Under the pieces are notes generated by a model that was not told the origin of the DNA, made no database searches, and saw only the letters and a program-made list of their open reading frames with translations. The position numbers were made by a program, and so were the translations under genes. From Vibrio alginolyticus NBRC 15630 = ATCC 17749 (GTDB taxonomy: Bacteria > Pseudomonadota > Gammaproteobacteria > Enterobacterales > Vibrionaceae), in assembly GCF_000354175.2 (NCBI RefSeq), contig NC_022349.1:2040001-2072000 (forward strand): a stretch of DNA of 32,000 nucleotides, in the 5' to 3' direction. This document shows, piece by piece, positions 22,790-32,000 of the stretch; the first letter of the stretch is position 1, and the number at the start of each line of letters is the position of its first letter.

Positions 22790-23917
22790 ATGAACTACGA
22801 ACAACTCGCACAACAAATCAAAGTTTGGGGAAAAGAACTCGGCTTCCAAAAAGTTGGGATCTGCGACGTTGATCTGAGTGAACATGAAGCAGCACTACAA
22901 AAATGGCTTGATGCAGGCTATCACGGCTCAATGGATTGGATGGCTCGTCACGGTATGATGCGTGCTAGACCCCATGAGCTACTCCCGGGAACCGTTCGTG
23001 TTATCAGCGTCCGGATGGACTATCTGCCACCAGAGGCTCAATTCGCTTCGAACCTCGCGAATAAAAGTCATGCCTATATTAGCCGCTACGCACTAGGGCG
23101 CGATTATCACAAGCTCGTCAGAAAGCAGCTAAATAAGCTCGGCAAACTTATTGAACAAGAGGTTGGTCAATATGGTTACCGACCTTTCGTTGATTCCGCA
23201 CCAATATTAGAGCGACCTCTCGCCCAAAAAGCGGGCTTAGGTTGGACCGGGAAACATTCCCTGATTTTAGATCAAGACTGTGGATCGTGGTTCTTTTTAG
23301 GTGAACTACTTATCGACTTACCACTACCCGTAGATGAGCCAAGCGTTGATCAGTGCGGTAAATGCAAAGCATGCATTACATCATGCCCAACACAAGCCAT
23401 CGTTGAAGACAAAGTTGTCGATGCCAGGCGTTGTATCTCTTATCTCACCATCGAGTTCGATGGCGTGATTCCTGAAGAGTTTCGAAAGCCAATGGGTAAC
23501 CGCATTTATGGTTGTGACGACTGTCAATTGGTTTGCCCATGGAACCGCTACGCCGACATAACGGAGCAAGATGATTTCCACCGTCGTGACAGTTTCAAAA
23601 ACCCTGACCTCGTCGACATGTTTAACTGGGATGAAGCGACTTTTCTAAAAAATATGGAAGGCTCCGCTATCCGTCGTATTGGTCATATACAGTGGCTACG
23701 TAACATCGCTGTCGCACTTGGTAATGCAGAATATAGTCAGCGAATCATAGATGCGCTGGAAAGTCGGCAAGGTGAAAATAAATTACTTGATGAGCACATA
23801 AAATGGGCTTTGACAGAGCAACTGAATCAACTCCCCACTGAGAGTAATTCATCTATAGAGACGAAAAAGCAACGCTTAATAAGGATAGTCGAGAAGGGAC
23901 TGCCGAGAGACGCATAG
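22790..23917 (+). CDS. queG: Epoxyqueuosine reductase QueG (4Fe-4S, cobalamin-dependent)
   Basis: The track ORF starts at GTG 22781. The ATG at 22790 (MNYEQLAQQIKVWGKELGF) aligns with the E. coli QueG N-terminus and follows a GGTGG Shine-Dalgarno sequence. Ferredoxin motifs CGKCKACITSCP and CDDCQLVCPWN are present. Confidence 0.9.
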   Translation: MNYEQLAQQIKVWGKELGFQKVGICDVDLSEHEAALQKWLDAGYHGSMDWMARHGMMRARPHELLPGTVRVISVRMDYLPPEAQFASNLANKSHAYISRYALGRDYHKLVRKQLNKLGKLIEQEVGQYGYRPFVDSAPILERPLAQKAGLGWTGKHSLILDQDCGSWFFLGELLIDLPLPVDEPSVDQCGKCKACITSCPTQAIVEDKVVDARRCISYLTIEFDGVIPEEFRKPMGNRIYGCDDCQLVCPWNRYADITEQDDFHRRDSFKNPDLVDMFNWDEATFLKNMEGSAIRRIGHIQWLRNIAVALGNAEYSQRIIDALESRQGENKLLDEHIKWALTEQLNQLPTESNSSIETKKQRLIRIVEKGLPRDA

Positions 23918-23990
23918 AGCGTAGTCTATATGCAAGAGATTGAAAGTACTTTTGCATGTTCAATTCATGACCTTGTTCTCAATTTTGTAA

Positions 23991-24388
23991 TGTGGAAAAA
24001 AATTTGAGATTCAAGAAAAACAAGCTAGCAGAAAAAAGTTAAACACAGCTCGGAGAAATGACTAGGATCAAAAAAATACCAGTTAATGATCGTATTTTAA
24101 CGTACTCGATCCGACAAAAAACTTATTTTTTCTTTATATAACAAAGATTTAATTGGTATTTCTTTGTTGTTTCAACTTCATTTTAGAGAAAAGATCTTTC
24201 TTCCCCATCATAAAAAGTCAAGCTAAAAACACTTTATCAACCAACTTATCCACAGAACGACGTATGTGGATAACTCTGTTAATTAAAGTAGATAAAACAC
24301 GCGAAGCCTCATCATACTTGTACGTCAGCCGATTCATATCGTGTTTTAAACACAAACGAAATCGTCCGACATCATATGATGCGGATAA
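23991..24388. other. Cluster of DnaA-box-like 9-mers in a non-coding convergent gap (candidate datA-like locus)
   Basis: Boxes: TGTGGAAAA (23991-23999, fits TTWTNCACA), TTAAACACA (24039-24047), TTATCCACA (24246-24254, perfect), TGTGGATAA (24265-24273, perfect), TTAAACACA (24346-24354), TGCGGATAA (24380-24388, 1 mismatch). GATC sites are at 24066, 24088, 24108 and 24193. Confidence 0.5.
24246..24273. promoter_or_regulatory. Perfect inverted pair of consensus DnaA boxes, TTATCCACA-N10-TGTGGATAA
   Basis: Read directly from the sequence. Both 9-mers equal the strict E. coli R1/R4 consensus, and the palindrome does not extend beyond the 9-mers. Confidence 0.7.
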
Positions 24389-24537
24389 AAGTTTAGCTTT
24401 TGGGGATTCATGCTTCGCAGCATTATGAAAAGAGCGATGTGATTGGTTGCGAGAAGCAGGCGTTGAATCAAGCGGCGCATCCGTAGACGACTTAACAATT
24501 GTATACTAAATAAGTACTCAATCTATCGTCTTGTATT

Positions 24538-24614
<77 letters not shown>

Positions 24615-24672
24615 TCCGAGTGCTTCATCTTCGTTGATGATGAAGGCTTTGCTTTCATTTATAAAAAGAAAC

Positions 24673-24748
24673 TGGAGCGACACACGAGGTTCGAACTCGT
24701 GACCTCAACCTTGGCAAGGTTGCGCTCTACCAACTGAGCTAGTGTCGC
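24673..24748 (-). tRNA. tRNA-Gly (GCC), copy 1
   Basis: The reverse complement is GCGACACTAGCTCAGTTGGTAGAGCGCAACCTTGCCAAGGTTGAGGTCACGAGTTCGAACCTCGTGTGTCGCTCCA. It folds as a cloverleaf with anticodon loop UUGCCAA, U73 and encoded CCA. Confidence 0.95.
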
Positions 24749-24784
24749 CTTTTGTCACCGTTAAGCACGATAAAGGCTATATAT

Positions 24785-24860
24785 TGGAGCGACACACGAG
24801 GTTCGAACTCGTGACCTCAACCTTGGCAAGGTTGCGCTCTACCAACTGAGCTAGTGTCGC
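24785..24860 (-). tRNA. tRNA-Gly (GCC), copy 2
   Basis: Identical in sequence to copy 1. Confidence 0.95.
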
Positions 24861-24896
24861 ATTTTGTCACCGTTGAGCACGATGAGGGCTATATAT

Positions 24897-24972
24897 TGGA
24901 GCGACACACGAGGTTCGAACTCGTGACCTCAACCTTGGCAAGGTTGCGCTCTACCAACTGAGCTAGTGTCGC
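24897..24972 (-). tRNA. tRNA-Gly (GCC), copy 3
   Basis: Identical in sequence to copy 1. Confidence 0.95.
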
Positions 24973-25002
24973 ATATTAACAGCAGTCGCTATTAATGGAA
25001 TT

Positions 25003-25079
<77 letters not shown>

Positions 25080-25121
25080 TCCGTATTGTGTCACCGTTAA
25101 GTACCGTGAGAACTGTAAAAC

Positions 25122-25197
25122 TGGAGCGACACACGAGGTTCGAACTCGTGACCTCAACCTTGGCAAGGTTGCGCTCTACCAACTGAGCTAGTGTCGC
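25122..25197 (-). tRNA. tRNA-Gly (GCC), copy 4
   Basis: Identical in sequence to Gly copy 1. Confidence 0.95.
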
Positions 25198-25199
25198 AT

Positions 25200-25276
<77 letters not shown>

Positions 25277-25318
25277 TCCGTATTGTGTCACCGTTAAGTA
25301 CCGTGAGAACTATAAAAC

Positions 25319-25394
25319 TGGAGCGACACACGAGGTTCGAACTCGTGACCTCAACCTTGGCAAGGTTGCGCTCTACCAACTGAGCTAGTGTCGC
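25319..25394 (-). tRNA. tRNA-Gly (GCC), copy 5
   Basis: Identical in sequence to Gly copy 1. Confidence 0.95.
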
Positions 25395-25396
25395 AT

Positions 25397-25473
<77 letters not shown>

Positions 25474-25515
25474 TCCGTATTGTGTCACCGTTAAGTACCG
25501 TGAGAACTATGAAAC

Positions 25516-25591
25516 TGGAGCGACACACGAGGTTCGAACTCGTGACCTCAACCTTGGCAAGGTTGCGCTCTACCAACTGAGCTAGTGTCGC
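25516..25591 (-). tRNA. tRNA-Gly (GCC), copy 6 (first gene of the array in the transcription direction)
   Basis: Identical in sequence to Gly copy 1. Confidence 0.95.
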
Positions 25592-25623
25592 ATCAACAAC
25601 GTTTCCGCTGTTTAGGGCTGCGA

Positions 25624-25651
25624 ATTATAAGAGCATTTTTTTGTGATGCAA
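25624..25651 (-). promoter_or_regulatory. Strong sigma70-type promoter of the tRNA array
   Basis: On the minus strand: TTGCAT (25651-25646), a 16-nt spacer, then TATAAT (25629-25624), followed by the GC-rich discriminator TCGCAGCCC. An A/T-rich UP-like tract lies upstream. The first tRNA starts 32 nt after the -10 element. Confidence 0.6.
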
Positions 25652-25747
25652 GTCCTTCCTTCAAAAAAACTTTATTTTTTTACTGAACGACGAAAAAGCA
25701 ATCAAAAGCGATATAAATTACAACAATTTGGATCGCAACCTTAACAG

Positions 25748-26293
25748 TTAAATCTTGAAAATAGTACCTCGATAGTACTTAAGTTCTGCGATGGACTCAC
25801 GAATGTCGTCCAAGGCCAAATGTGTTCCCTGTTTTGTGAACCCATTTAGCACCTCAGGTTGCCAGCGACGTGCTAGTTCTTTAAGAGTACTAACGTCAAC
25901 ATATCGGTAATGGAAGAACTCTTCCAACTCAGGCATATGCTTGTATAAAAAGCGACGATCCTGCCCAATGCTGTTACCACATATTGGCGACGCCCCTTTT
26001 GGCACCCATTTTTCTAAAAATTCAATGGTTTGTGCGACTGCGTCTTGTTCTGAGATTTGACTGTTTCGAACGCGCTCCACCAAACCGCTTGCCGTATGCG
26101 TATTAGTACACCAGTCGTCCATTTTCGCCAGTTCTTCTTCCGGCTGATGAATCGCTAACACTGGACCTTCAGCCAAAATATTTAGTTCGCTATCCGTGAC
26201 AATAGAAGCAATTTCGATGATTTTGTGCGTTTCAGGATCAAGCCCTGTCATCTCTAAATCAACCCAAATTAGGTTTTGATCGCTAAAGGACAT
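25748..26293 (-). CDS. orn: Oligoribonuclease
   Basis: The track ORF is 219 aa, but homology to E. coli Orn (181 aa) starts at internal M39 ([21 protein letters not shown]), which is the ATG at 26293. DEDDh motifs are present. Confidence 0.93.
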   Translation of the reverse strand: MSFSDQNLIWVDLEMTGLDPETHKIIEIASIVTDSELNILAEGPVLAIHQPEEELAKMDDWCTNTHTASGLVERVRNSQISEQDAVAQTIEFLEKWVPKGASPICGNSIGQDRRFLYKHMPELEEFFHYRYVDVSTLKELARRWQPEVLNGFTKQGTHLALDDIRESIAELKYYRGTIFKI

Positions 26294-26422
26294 GGTTACG
26301 CCGCCTATTTGTTTATCGATAAAAGAGGTACTATACCTCAAAATACGAGAAACACGATACTCATACACGGAGCCAAGAGTACGGCTCAACCATTTGAGTA
26401 AATTCACATAAAGTACAGAATT

Positions 26423-27487
26423 GTGGCAAAGAAGAAAAAGTTAACCAAAGGTCAGGTGCGACGCGTACGTAGCAACCAACAAAAGCGTTTGAAGAAGCAA
26501 GAAGATTCCATCCAGTGGGATGAAAACATGCTAGGCGCCAGCAAGCAAGGTCTCGTGATCACTCGTTTTGGTCAGCACGCGGACATTGAAGACCTTGAAA
26601 CAGGCGAAATTCAACGCTGTAACCTCCGCCGTGGTATTGAGTCTCTAGTATCTGGCGATCGTGTTTTATGGCGCGAAGGATTGGAGTCTATGGCGGGCAT
26701 CTCTGGTGTTGTTGAAGCGGTAGAACCTCGCTCTTCAGTGCTCACTCGTCCAGATTATTACGATGGCCTAAAACCCGTTGCAGCCAATATTGATCAAATG
26801 GTCATTGTCTCTTCGGTATTACCAGAGCTATCGCTAAATATTATTGACCGCTATCTCGTTGCATCAGAAACACTGAATATTGCGCCATTGTTGGTCTTAA
26901 ATAAAGTCGACCTTCTAGAAGCCGATGACCGTGCAATGTATGAAGAATGGCTCAAAGAATATGAACGTATTGGCTATAAAGTGCTTCTGGTCAGCAAGAA
27001 GTCTGGAGAAGGCATTGCTGAACTAGAAACCCTACTGCGTGATCGAATTAATATCTTTGTTGGTCAATCAGGCGTAGGGAAATCCAGCTTAGTCAACGCG
27101 TTAATGCCGGAACTAGAGAGCGAAGTGGAAGAAGGCGAAGTCTCTGAGAACTCTGGCTTGGGCCAACACACCACGACGGCTGCACGTTTATACCACATTC
27201 CAACGGGTGGCGATTTGATCGACTCACCTGGAGTACGTGAATTTGGTCTTTGGCATTTGGAAGCAGAAGAAGTAACAAAAGCATTCGTTGAATTTCGACC
27301 ATATTTAGGCGGTTGCAAGTTCCGAGATTGTAAACACAATGATGACCCAGGCTGCCTTCTACGCGAAGCTGTCGAGAACGGGGAAATTAACGAAACTCGC
27401 TTTGAAAACTATCATCGCATTTTGGAAAGCATGGTTGAAAACAAAGCAAATCGTCAGTATTCACGTAATAAAAAAGCCGATCTGTAA
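26423..27487 (+). CDS. rsgA: Small-subunit ribosome biogenesis GTPase RsgA (YjeQ)
   Basis: 354 aa with a GTG start. The N-terminus is K/R-rich, the GTPase is circularly permuted (NKVDLL ... [14 protein letters not shown]), and a Zn knuckle is present ([14 protein letters not shown]). Confidence 0.93.
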   Translation: MAKKKKLTKGQVRRVRSNQQKRLKKQEDSIQWDENMLGASKQGLVITRFGQHADIEDLETGEIQRCNLRRGIESLVSGDRVLWREGLESMAGISGVVEAVEPRSSVLTRPDYYDGLKPVAANIDQMVIVSSVLPELSLNIIDRYLVASETLNIAPLLVLNKVDLLEADDRAMYEEWLKEYERIGYKVLLVSKKSGEGIAELETLLRDRINIFVGQSGVGKSSLVNALMPELESEVEEGEVSENSGLGQHTTTAARLYHIPTGGDLIDSPGVREFGLWHLEAEEVTKAFVEFRPYLGGCKFRDCKHNDDPGCLLREAVENGEINETRFENYHRILESMVENKANRQYSRNKKADL

Positions 27488-27603
27488 TTGAGTTAAGGCT
27501 GTAACTGTGTAAAAAGTCTTCACCTAATACTGACAAGCAAATTAAATTTCAGTAACATCACGCGCCCTAAAGCGCGAATCTAACAGAAGTATCGGAATTA
27601 AAG

Positions 27604-28461
27604 ATGGACAAGTTTAAAGTTGGACTGCAGTACTGGATCCCACAACACGGCCTCACTCGCCTAATGGGTAAACTGGCTTCAGCAAAAGCTGGCGGTCTAA
27701 CAACAGCAGTTATTCGTTGGTTTATCAAACAATACAATGTGAATATGGATGAGGCAAAGCACTCAGATCCTAAGCATTTTAAAACGTTCAACGAGTTTTT
27801 CGTTCGTGAGCTAAAAGAAGGCGCACGCCCAATTTCTGAAGGCGAAAACGTCATCACTCATCCAGCCGACGCTTGTGTTAGCCAGTTTGGCCCTATTGAA
27901 GATGGTCAACTTATCCAAGCAAAAGGTCATCACTTCTCAGCACAAGAATTGCTGGGCGGTGACGCGAATTTAGCTGACGAATTTAAAGATGGTTCTTTTG
28001 CGACATTGTACCTATCTCCGCGCGATTACCACCGTGTACACATGCCATGTGACGGCACTCTGCGCCAAATGATTTACGTACCAGGTGACCTGTTCTCAGT
28101 AAACCCTCTGACAGCAGAAAACGTACCAAACCTATTTGCACGTAACGAGCGTGTGGTGTGTATCTTCGATACTGAGTTTGGTCCAATGGCACAGGTGCTT
28201 GTTGGTGCGACAATTGTTGGTAGCATTGAGCAAATATGGGCTGGCACGATCACTCCGCCTCGTGGAAACACTGTCTACAAATGGGATTACCCAGCAGAGG
28301 GTGACAAGGCCGTGATCTTGAAAAAAGGCGAAGAGATGGGCCGCTTCAAACTGGGTTCTACTGTTATTAACCTGTTTGCCAAAGACGCGATTGAGTTTGA
28401 CGCAAGCATGGAAAACGGTAAGCCAACCGTTATGGGCACACCTTACGCCTTAAAAAATTGA
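27604..28461 (+). CDS. psd: Phosphatidylserine decarboxylase proenzyme
   Basis: 285 aa, collinear with E. coli Psd. The self-cleavage motif FKLGST (LGS|T) is near the C-terminus. Confidence 0.95.
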   Translation: MDKFKVGLQYWIPQHGLTRLMGKLASAKAGGLTTAVIRWFIKQYNVNMDEAKHSDPKHFKTFNEFFVRELKEGARPISEGENVITHPADACVSQFGPIEDGQLIQAKGHHFSAQELLGGDANLADEFKDGSFATLYLSPRDYHRVHMPCDGTLRQMIYVPGDLFSVNPLTAENVPNLFARNERVVCIFDTEFGPMAQVLVGATIVGSIEQIWAGTITPPRGNTVYKWDYPAEGDKAVILKKGEEMGRFKLGSTVINLFAKDAIEFDASMENGKPTVMGTPYALKN

Positions 28462-28474
28462 GTAAAACACCGTT

Positions 28475-28503
28475 AAGAGCCCTTTATTCAGGGCTCTTTT
28501 TAT
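28475..28503 (+). terminator. Intrinsic terminator of psd
   Basis: Stem AAGAGCCC / GGGCTCTT with an 8-nt loop, followed by a T-run. Confidence 0.8.
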
Positions 28504-28626
28504 TGATAAAAAGCAAAACTCCGTTCGAAATTTAGCCTCTATTTCTCAAACTCATACCTGCCTCTAAGACCCTCATTCCACAATCAATTATCCTGCGCTT
28601 AGAATGAATATTTAGAGGGGCAGCCA

Positions 28627-30042
28627 ATGCCAAAGATGAGTGTAAACACGTTGGCGAAATTGCTGGTGTGCTTTTTAATTCCGCTCGGTGTTTTGATGAT
28701 GCCGATCGATGCTATTCCTATTGACGATCTCACTTTAATTCAGCATCGCCTGTTAGCTATTTTTCTTCTTGCTGCCCTACTTTGGGTTCTCGAGCCGGTT
28801 CCCGTTTTTGCTACGTCCATTCTTATTATCGCTCTTGAACTGATCATGATATCGGATAAAGGTTTGCATCTATTTCGCAATCCACCAGCGGGGCATGATT
28901 TAGGAGAGTTAATTGCTTACACCGATATTTTCTCGGCCTTCTCTTCACCGATCATTATTCTTTTTATGGGTGGTTTTGCTCTTGCGATTGCGGCTTCCAA
29001 ATACGAGCTCGACAACAACCTCGCCCGAGTTCTATTAAAACCATTCGGCACCCAACCTAAGTTCATCATGCTGGGCTTGATGTTAATTACCGCCGTTTTT
29101 TCAATGTTTATGTCCAATACTGCCACGACCGTGATGATGCTAGCCCTGCTTGGCCCCATCGTCGCTTCAGCACCTAAAGGGGATTTAGGCATTAAAGCAC
29201 TGGTGTTGTGTATTCCAATTGCAGCGAATACAGGCGGCATTGCGACTCCGATAGGCACGCCACCTAATGCGATAGCGCTTCAATATCTCACTGGAGAAAA
29301 CGCGATAGACTTCCTATCGTGGATGACAATGGGTCTACCCTTTGTGTTGGTACAACTCACTGTAGCTTGGTTCTTGTTGCAAAAGCTGTTTCCGTCTAGC
29401 GAACCAGAAATGAAACTAAAGCTAGATGGTACATTCAAAAAGAGCTGGCGTGCGATCGTCGTCTACATCACTTTTGCACTAACCATTTTGCTTTGGATGA
29501 CAACGAAAGTGCATGGCATGAATACATATGTTGTCGCGATTATCCCACTAGCAGTGTTCACGTTAACGGGCATTATGGGAAAAGAAGAGCTCAAGCTGAT
29601 TAACTGGGATGTTTTATGGCTGGTTGCCGGTGGTATAGCAATTGGTATTGCCTTAGACAAAACGGGCTTAGCCGAAGCATTAGCGCACGCCATTGATTAC
29701 AGCCTGCTATCACCATTTGCCGTTGTTTTAGCCCTATCAGTAGTGTGTTGGTTAATGGCGAACTTTATGTCTAATACCGCAACGGCAAACTTATTGATGC
29801 CTATTGCTGCCGCTATTGGTACATCCATGCCAAGCCTTATTGCGGTTGGTGGCCTACAAGGTTTACTGGTTGTCGTCGCCTTCTCCGCATCACTTGGCAT
29901 GATCTTACCGGTTTCCACACCACCAAACTCTTTGGCTTATTCAACAGGCCTCATCGAGAGCAAAGACATGGCGAAAGTGGGGCTGATTCTTGGTTTGATT
30001 GGTCTACTTATCGTGTATGGCGCAGTTTTGGTACTGTTTTAA
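28627..30042 (+). CDS. DASS/SLC13-family sodium-coupled anion (di/tricarboxylate or sulfate) symporter
   Basis: 471 aa and polytopic. Two SNT hairpin-tip motifs typical of DASS/INDY transporters are present (MFMSNTATTVMM and NFMSNTATANLLMPI). The substrate cannot be inferred from sequence. Confidence 0.85.
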   Translation: MPKMSVNTLAKLLVCFLIPLGVLMMPIDAIPIDDLTLIQHRLLAIFLLAALLWVLEPVPVFATSILIIALELIMISDKGLHLFRNPPAGHDLGELIAYTDIFSAFSSPIIILFMGGFALAIAASKYELDNNLARVLLKPFGTQPKFIMLGLMLITAVFSMFMSNTATTVMMLALLGPIVASAPKGDLGIKALVLCIPIAANTGGIATPIGTPPNAIALQYLTGENAIDFLSWMTMGLPFVLVQLTVAWFLLQKLFPSSEPEMKLKLDGTFKKSWRAIVVYITFALTILLWMTTKVHGMNTYVVAIIPLAVFTLTGIMGKEELKLINWDVLWLVAGGIAIGIALDKTGLAEALAHAIDYSLLSPFAVVLALSVVCWLMANFMSNTATANLLMPIAAAIGTSMPSLIAVGGLQGLLVVVAFSASLGMILPVSTPPNSLAYSTGLIESKDMAKVGLILGLIGLLIVYGAVLVLF

Positions 30043-30174
30043 TCGAAGAGCTCCATGAAAAAGCGTGTTGTCATGGAGCTGCTCTCCAGCTACTGCCCTT
30101 ACAGAGCGGCTTTTACATCCCATAAATTTCGTGCATATTAAGACTCCTCTACTCTACAAGGACGTCGACACATC

Positions 30175-31062
30175 ATGGGTTACGAATGGCTTGCTTTATG
30201 CGCCGCTTTTCTGTGGGCAGTTTCTAGCCTAATTTCGGTCATTCCTGCACAACACCTAGGCGCATTTTCTTACAGCCGCTGGCGTATGGGCTGCACAGCC
30301 GTAATCTTATCAACAATGGCCTGGATAACTGGCGGCTGGTTAACGGTTTCTTGGGAACACGTAACGCCAATGATGGCCTCAGGACTGATTGGTATTTTTA
30401 TTGGCGATACCGCTCTATTCGCGTGTTTGAATCGTATGGGGCCAAGACAAGCCGGGTTACTCTTCTCTTGCCACGCCGTGTTCTCTGCCATCTTGGGCTA
30501 CTTCTTATTTAGCGAAGTCATGACCACAATAGAACTACTGGGCGCATCATTGGTATTTAGCGGCGTGGTGATGGCGATATTCTTTGGCCGAAGAGGTCAA
30601 GTGAATAACGTCTTGGAAGACATTAAAGGTAACATCTGGGTGGGTATTGGACTTGGCTTAACCGCAGCAATGTGCCAAGCATTGGGCGGCATCATCGCCA
30701 AGCCAGTAATGCAAACCAGTATTGACCCAGTTGCGGCTTCTGCTATTCGAATGATCAGTGCCTTTTTCGCCCACAGCATGTTGTTAATTCTAGGAGTCAA
30801 AGTCGCTCGCTCGACGCAACACATTACTTGGCGCATATTTGGTATTACTGCCCTTAATGGTTTCTTGGCGATGGCCGTCGGCATGACGCTAATCTTATAC
30901 GCACTGCAAGAAGGAAATGTAGGTATGGTTGCACTTCTATCTTCAACCACGCCAATTATGTTGCTACCACTGCTCTGGATTTACACTAAACGCCGACCAA
31001 ACCGATTTGCATGGTTGGGCGCAGCCCTAGCTGTGATTGGTGCGGGCATTTTGGTTCAGTAA
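30175..31062 (+). CDS. EamA/DMT-superfamily transporter (10 TM helices, two EamA repeats)
   Basis: 295 aa, highly hydrophobic, with an internally duplicated architecture typical of RhaT/EamA permeases. Confidence 0.8.
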   Translation: MGYEWLALCAAFLWAVSSLISVIPAQHLGAFSYSRWRMGCTAVILSTMAWITGGWLTVSWEHVTPMMASGLIGIFIGDTALFACLNRMGPRQAGLLFSCHAVFSAILGYFLFSEVMTTIELLGASLVFSGVVMAIFFGRRGQVNNVLEDIKGNIWVGIGLGLTAAMCQALGGIIAKPVMQTSIDPVAASAIRMISAFFAHSMLLILGVKVARSTQHITWRIFGITALNGFLAMAVGMTLILYALQEGNVGMVALLSSTTPIMLLPLLWIYTKRRPNRFAWLGAALAVIGAGILVQ

Positions 31063-31091
31063 CCTTACAGACCAGCCCTTATTGCCAGATA

Positions 31092-31124
31092 CAAAAAAGC
31101 CCGAGTTTAAACTCGGGCTTTTGT
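31092..31124. terminator. Bidirectional terminator between the EamA gene (+) and gpmI (-)
   Basis: AAAAAA, then stem AGCCCGAGT / ACTCGGGCT with loop TTAA, then TTTT. Confidence 0.8.
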
Positions 31125-31148
31125 CATTCGGAGCCGTTAGTTAATTAT

Positions 31149-32000
31149 TTATTTAACTAATACTTCACCCGTCATTTCTGCTGGGATTTCTAGACCAGCT
31201 AGAGAAAGCATGGTTGGTGCAAGGTCAGACAGTTTACCGCCTTCTTTGAATTCAACCGCTTTGTCACCTACATAGATTAGAGGTACTGGTAGGTTAGTGT
31301 GAGCAGTGTGGATGCCGCCAGTTTCAGGGTCGATCATCATTTCTGCGTTACCGTGGTCCGCAGTGATCAATAGTTGACCGCCAACTTCTTTGATTGCTTC
31401 AACCACTTTACCCACGCTTTCATCTAGAGCTTCGATTGCTTTCTCAGCCGCTTCATAAACGCCAGTGTGACCAACCATATCTGCATTCGGGTAGTTACAG
31501 ATGATGGTATCGAACTTACCAGACTTGATAGCCGCAACCATCTTCTCTGTTAGTTCTGGAGAGCTCATTTCAGGCTGCATGTCGTACGTTGCAACTTTTG
31601 GAGAAGCAACCAACTGACGCTCTTCGCCTTCGAATTCGTTCTCAACACCACCGTTGAAGAAGAAAGTCACGTGTGCGTATTTCTCTGTTTCAGAGATACG
31701 TAGCTGAGTTTGACCTTGTTTAGATAGCCACTCACCGTAAGTGTTTTCTAGAGACGCAGGTGGGAATGCGATAGCTAGAGGGATATCAGCCGCGTATTGA
31801 GTCAGCATCACAAAGTTGATTGCTGGGAATACTGCACGCTCAAAGCCGTCAAATGCAGGAACGAATGCACGAGTGATTTGACGTGCACGGTCAGCACGGT
31901 AGTTCATGAAGATAACCGCATCACCATCTTGCATGATTGCGTCTTCTTGACCTTCTGCTTTGATAGCTGTTGCTTTAACGAATTCGTCGTTTTCTTCACG
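31149..32000 (-). CDS. gpmI: 2,3-bisphosphoglycerate-independent phosphoglycerate mutase. Partial: the N-terminus lies beyond the window end.
   Basis: The track ORF starts at an internal Met (31934). The frame stays open to 32000 (...[40 protein letters not shown]...), collinear with the C-terminal half of E. coli GpmM/GpmI (ADHGNAE, HT..PVP). Confidence 0.93.
   Translation of the reverse strand, partial: REENDEFVKATAIKAEGQEDAIMQDGDAVIFMNYRADRARQITRAFVPAFDGFERAVFPAINFVMLTQYAADIPLAIAFPPASLENTYGEWLSKQGQTQLRISETEKYAHVTFFFNGGVENEFEGEERQLVASPKVATYDMQPEMSSPELTEKMVAAIKSGKFDTIICNYPNADMVGHTGVYEAAEKAIEALDESVGKVVEAIKEVGGQLLITADHGNAEMMIDPETGGIHTAHTNLPVPLIYVGDKAVEFKEGGKLSDLAPTMLSLAGLEIPAEMTGEVLVK

Larger units (their letters stand above)
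24673..24972. repeat. Tandem repeat with 112-bp period (tRNA-Gly + 36-nt spacer), giving three Gly copies
   Basis: Gly copies start at 24673, 24785 and 24897. The spacers are near-identical and share the core GTCACCGTT(A/G)AG with the 42-nt fMet-Gly spacers. Confidence 0.9.

Noticed and set aside
24153-24428. 91-aa + strand ORF inside the DnaA-box region.
   Set aside because: It has a TTG start with no Shine-Dalgarno sequence. The AT-rich, low-complexity sequence is unlike a protein (MVFLCCFNFILEKRSFF...). I recognise no family, and it spans the DnaA boxes.
23918-24537. Possible genomic-island integration scar downstream of the tRNA-fMet 3' end. A 10-nt match, ATTGGTTGCG (24442-24451), resembles the tRNA 3'-end junction.
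   Set aside because: The match is only 10 nt and does not extend into flanking sequence. There is no integrase, no direct-repeat pair and no foreign genes. Chance or a decayed tRNA fragment is sufficient explanation.
26294-26407. 38-codon N-terminal extension of the orn ORF.
   Set aside because: E. coli Orn aligns from the internal Met ([10 protein letters not shown]...). The extension would overlap the rsgA promoter region and has no homology.
27567-27857. 96-aa minus-strand ORF overlapping the psd start. Similar antisense ORFs lie inside rsgA, psd, the DASS gene and the EamA gene (for example 27064-27339, 28917-29258, 30597-30950).
   Set aside because: Each lies antisense to a strongly supported conserved gene and shows no recognisable motifs.
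30049-30141. 10-bp-stem hairpin (AGCTCCATGA / TCATGGAGCT) just after the DASS stop, and a 28-codon ORF (ATG at 30055, MKKRVVMELLSSYCPYRAAFTSHKFRAY) with an AAGAG upstream.
   Set aside because: The hairpin lacks a U-tract, so I will not call it a terminator. The mini-ORF is too short to support without conservation or ribosome-profiling data.

Overview
The window looks like core chromosome from a Vibrionaceae genome (about 45% GC; proteins closely resemble E. coli and Vibrio housekeeping proteins). From about 5.5 kb to 28.5 kb the gene order matches the E. coli 94-95 min block: rlmB-rnr-nsrR-(purA)-yjeT-hflC-hflK-hflX-hfq-miaA-mutL-amiB-tsaE | queG | tRNA-Gly array | orn | rsgA-psd. Flanking this are a partial extracellular nuclease gene (xds-like, absent from the ORF track because it runs off the window), a lipoprotein gene, trpS and gph on the left. 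On the right are a DASS anion symporter, an EamA/DMT transporter and a partial gpmI. I see four differences from E. coli order: hmp plus a secreted Sel1-repeat protein sit between nsrR and purA; the yjeT-like mini-gene is inverted; nnr is missing between queG and tsaE; and the Gly tRNA locus is a 10-gene array of 4 initiator tRNA-fMet and 6 tRNA-Gly(GCC). I found no CRISPR array, integrase, transposase, toxin-antitoxin pair or defence-island signature, and no protein-coding system that looks novel. The most interesting unexplained signal is non-coding. The 620-bp gap between convergent queG and the tRNA array holds a perfect inverted pair of consensus DnaA boxes, near-consensus satellite boxes and phased GATCs, at the position where E. 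coli carries datA. A second oddity is an identical 14-nt sequence flanking three unrelated terminator hairpins. All calls come from reading the sequence and recalling protein families; no searches were run.
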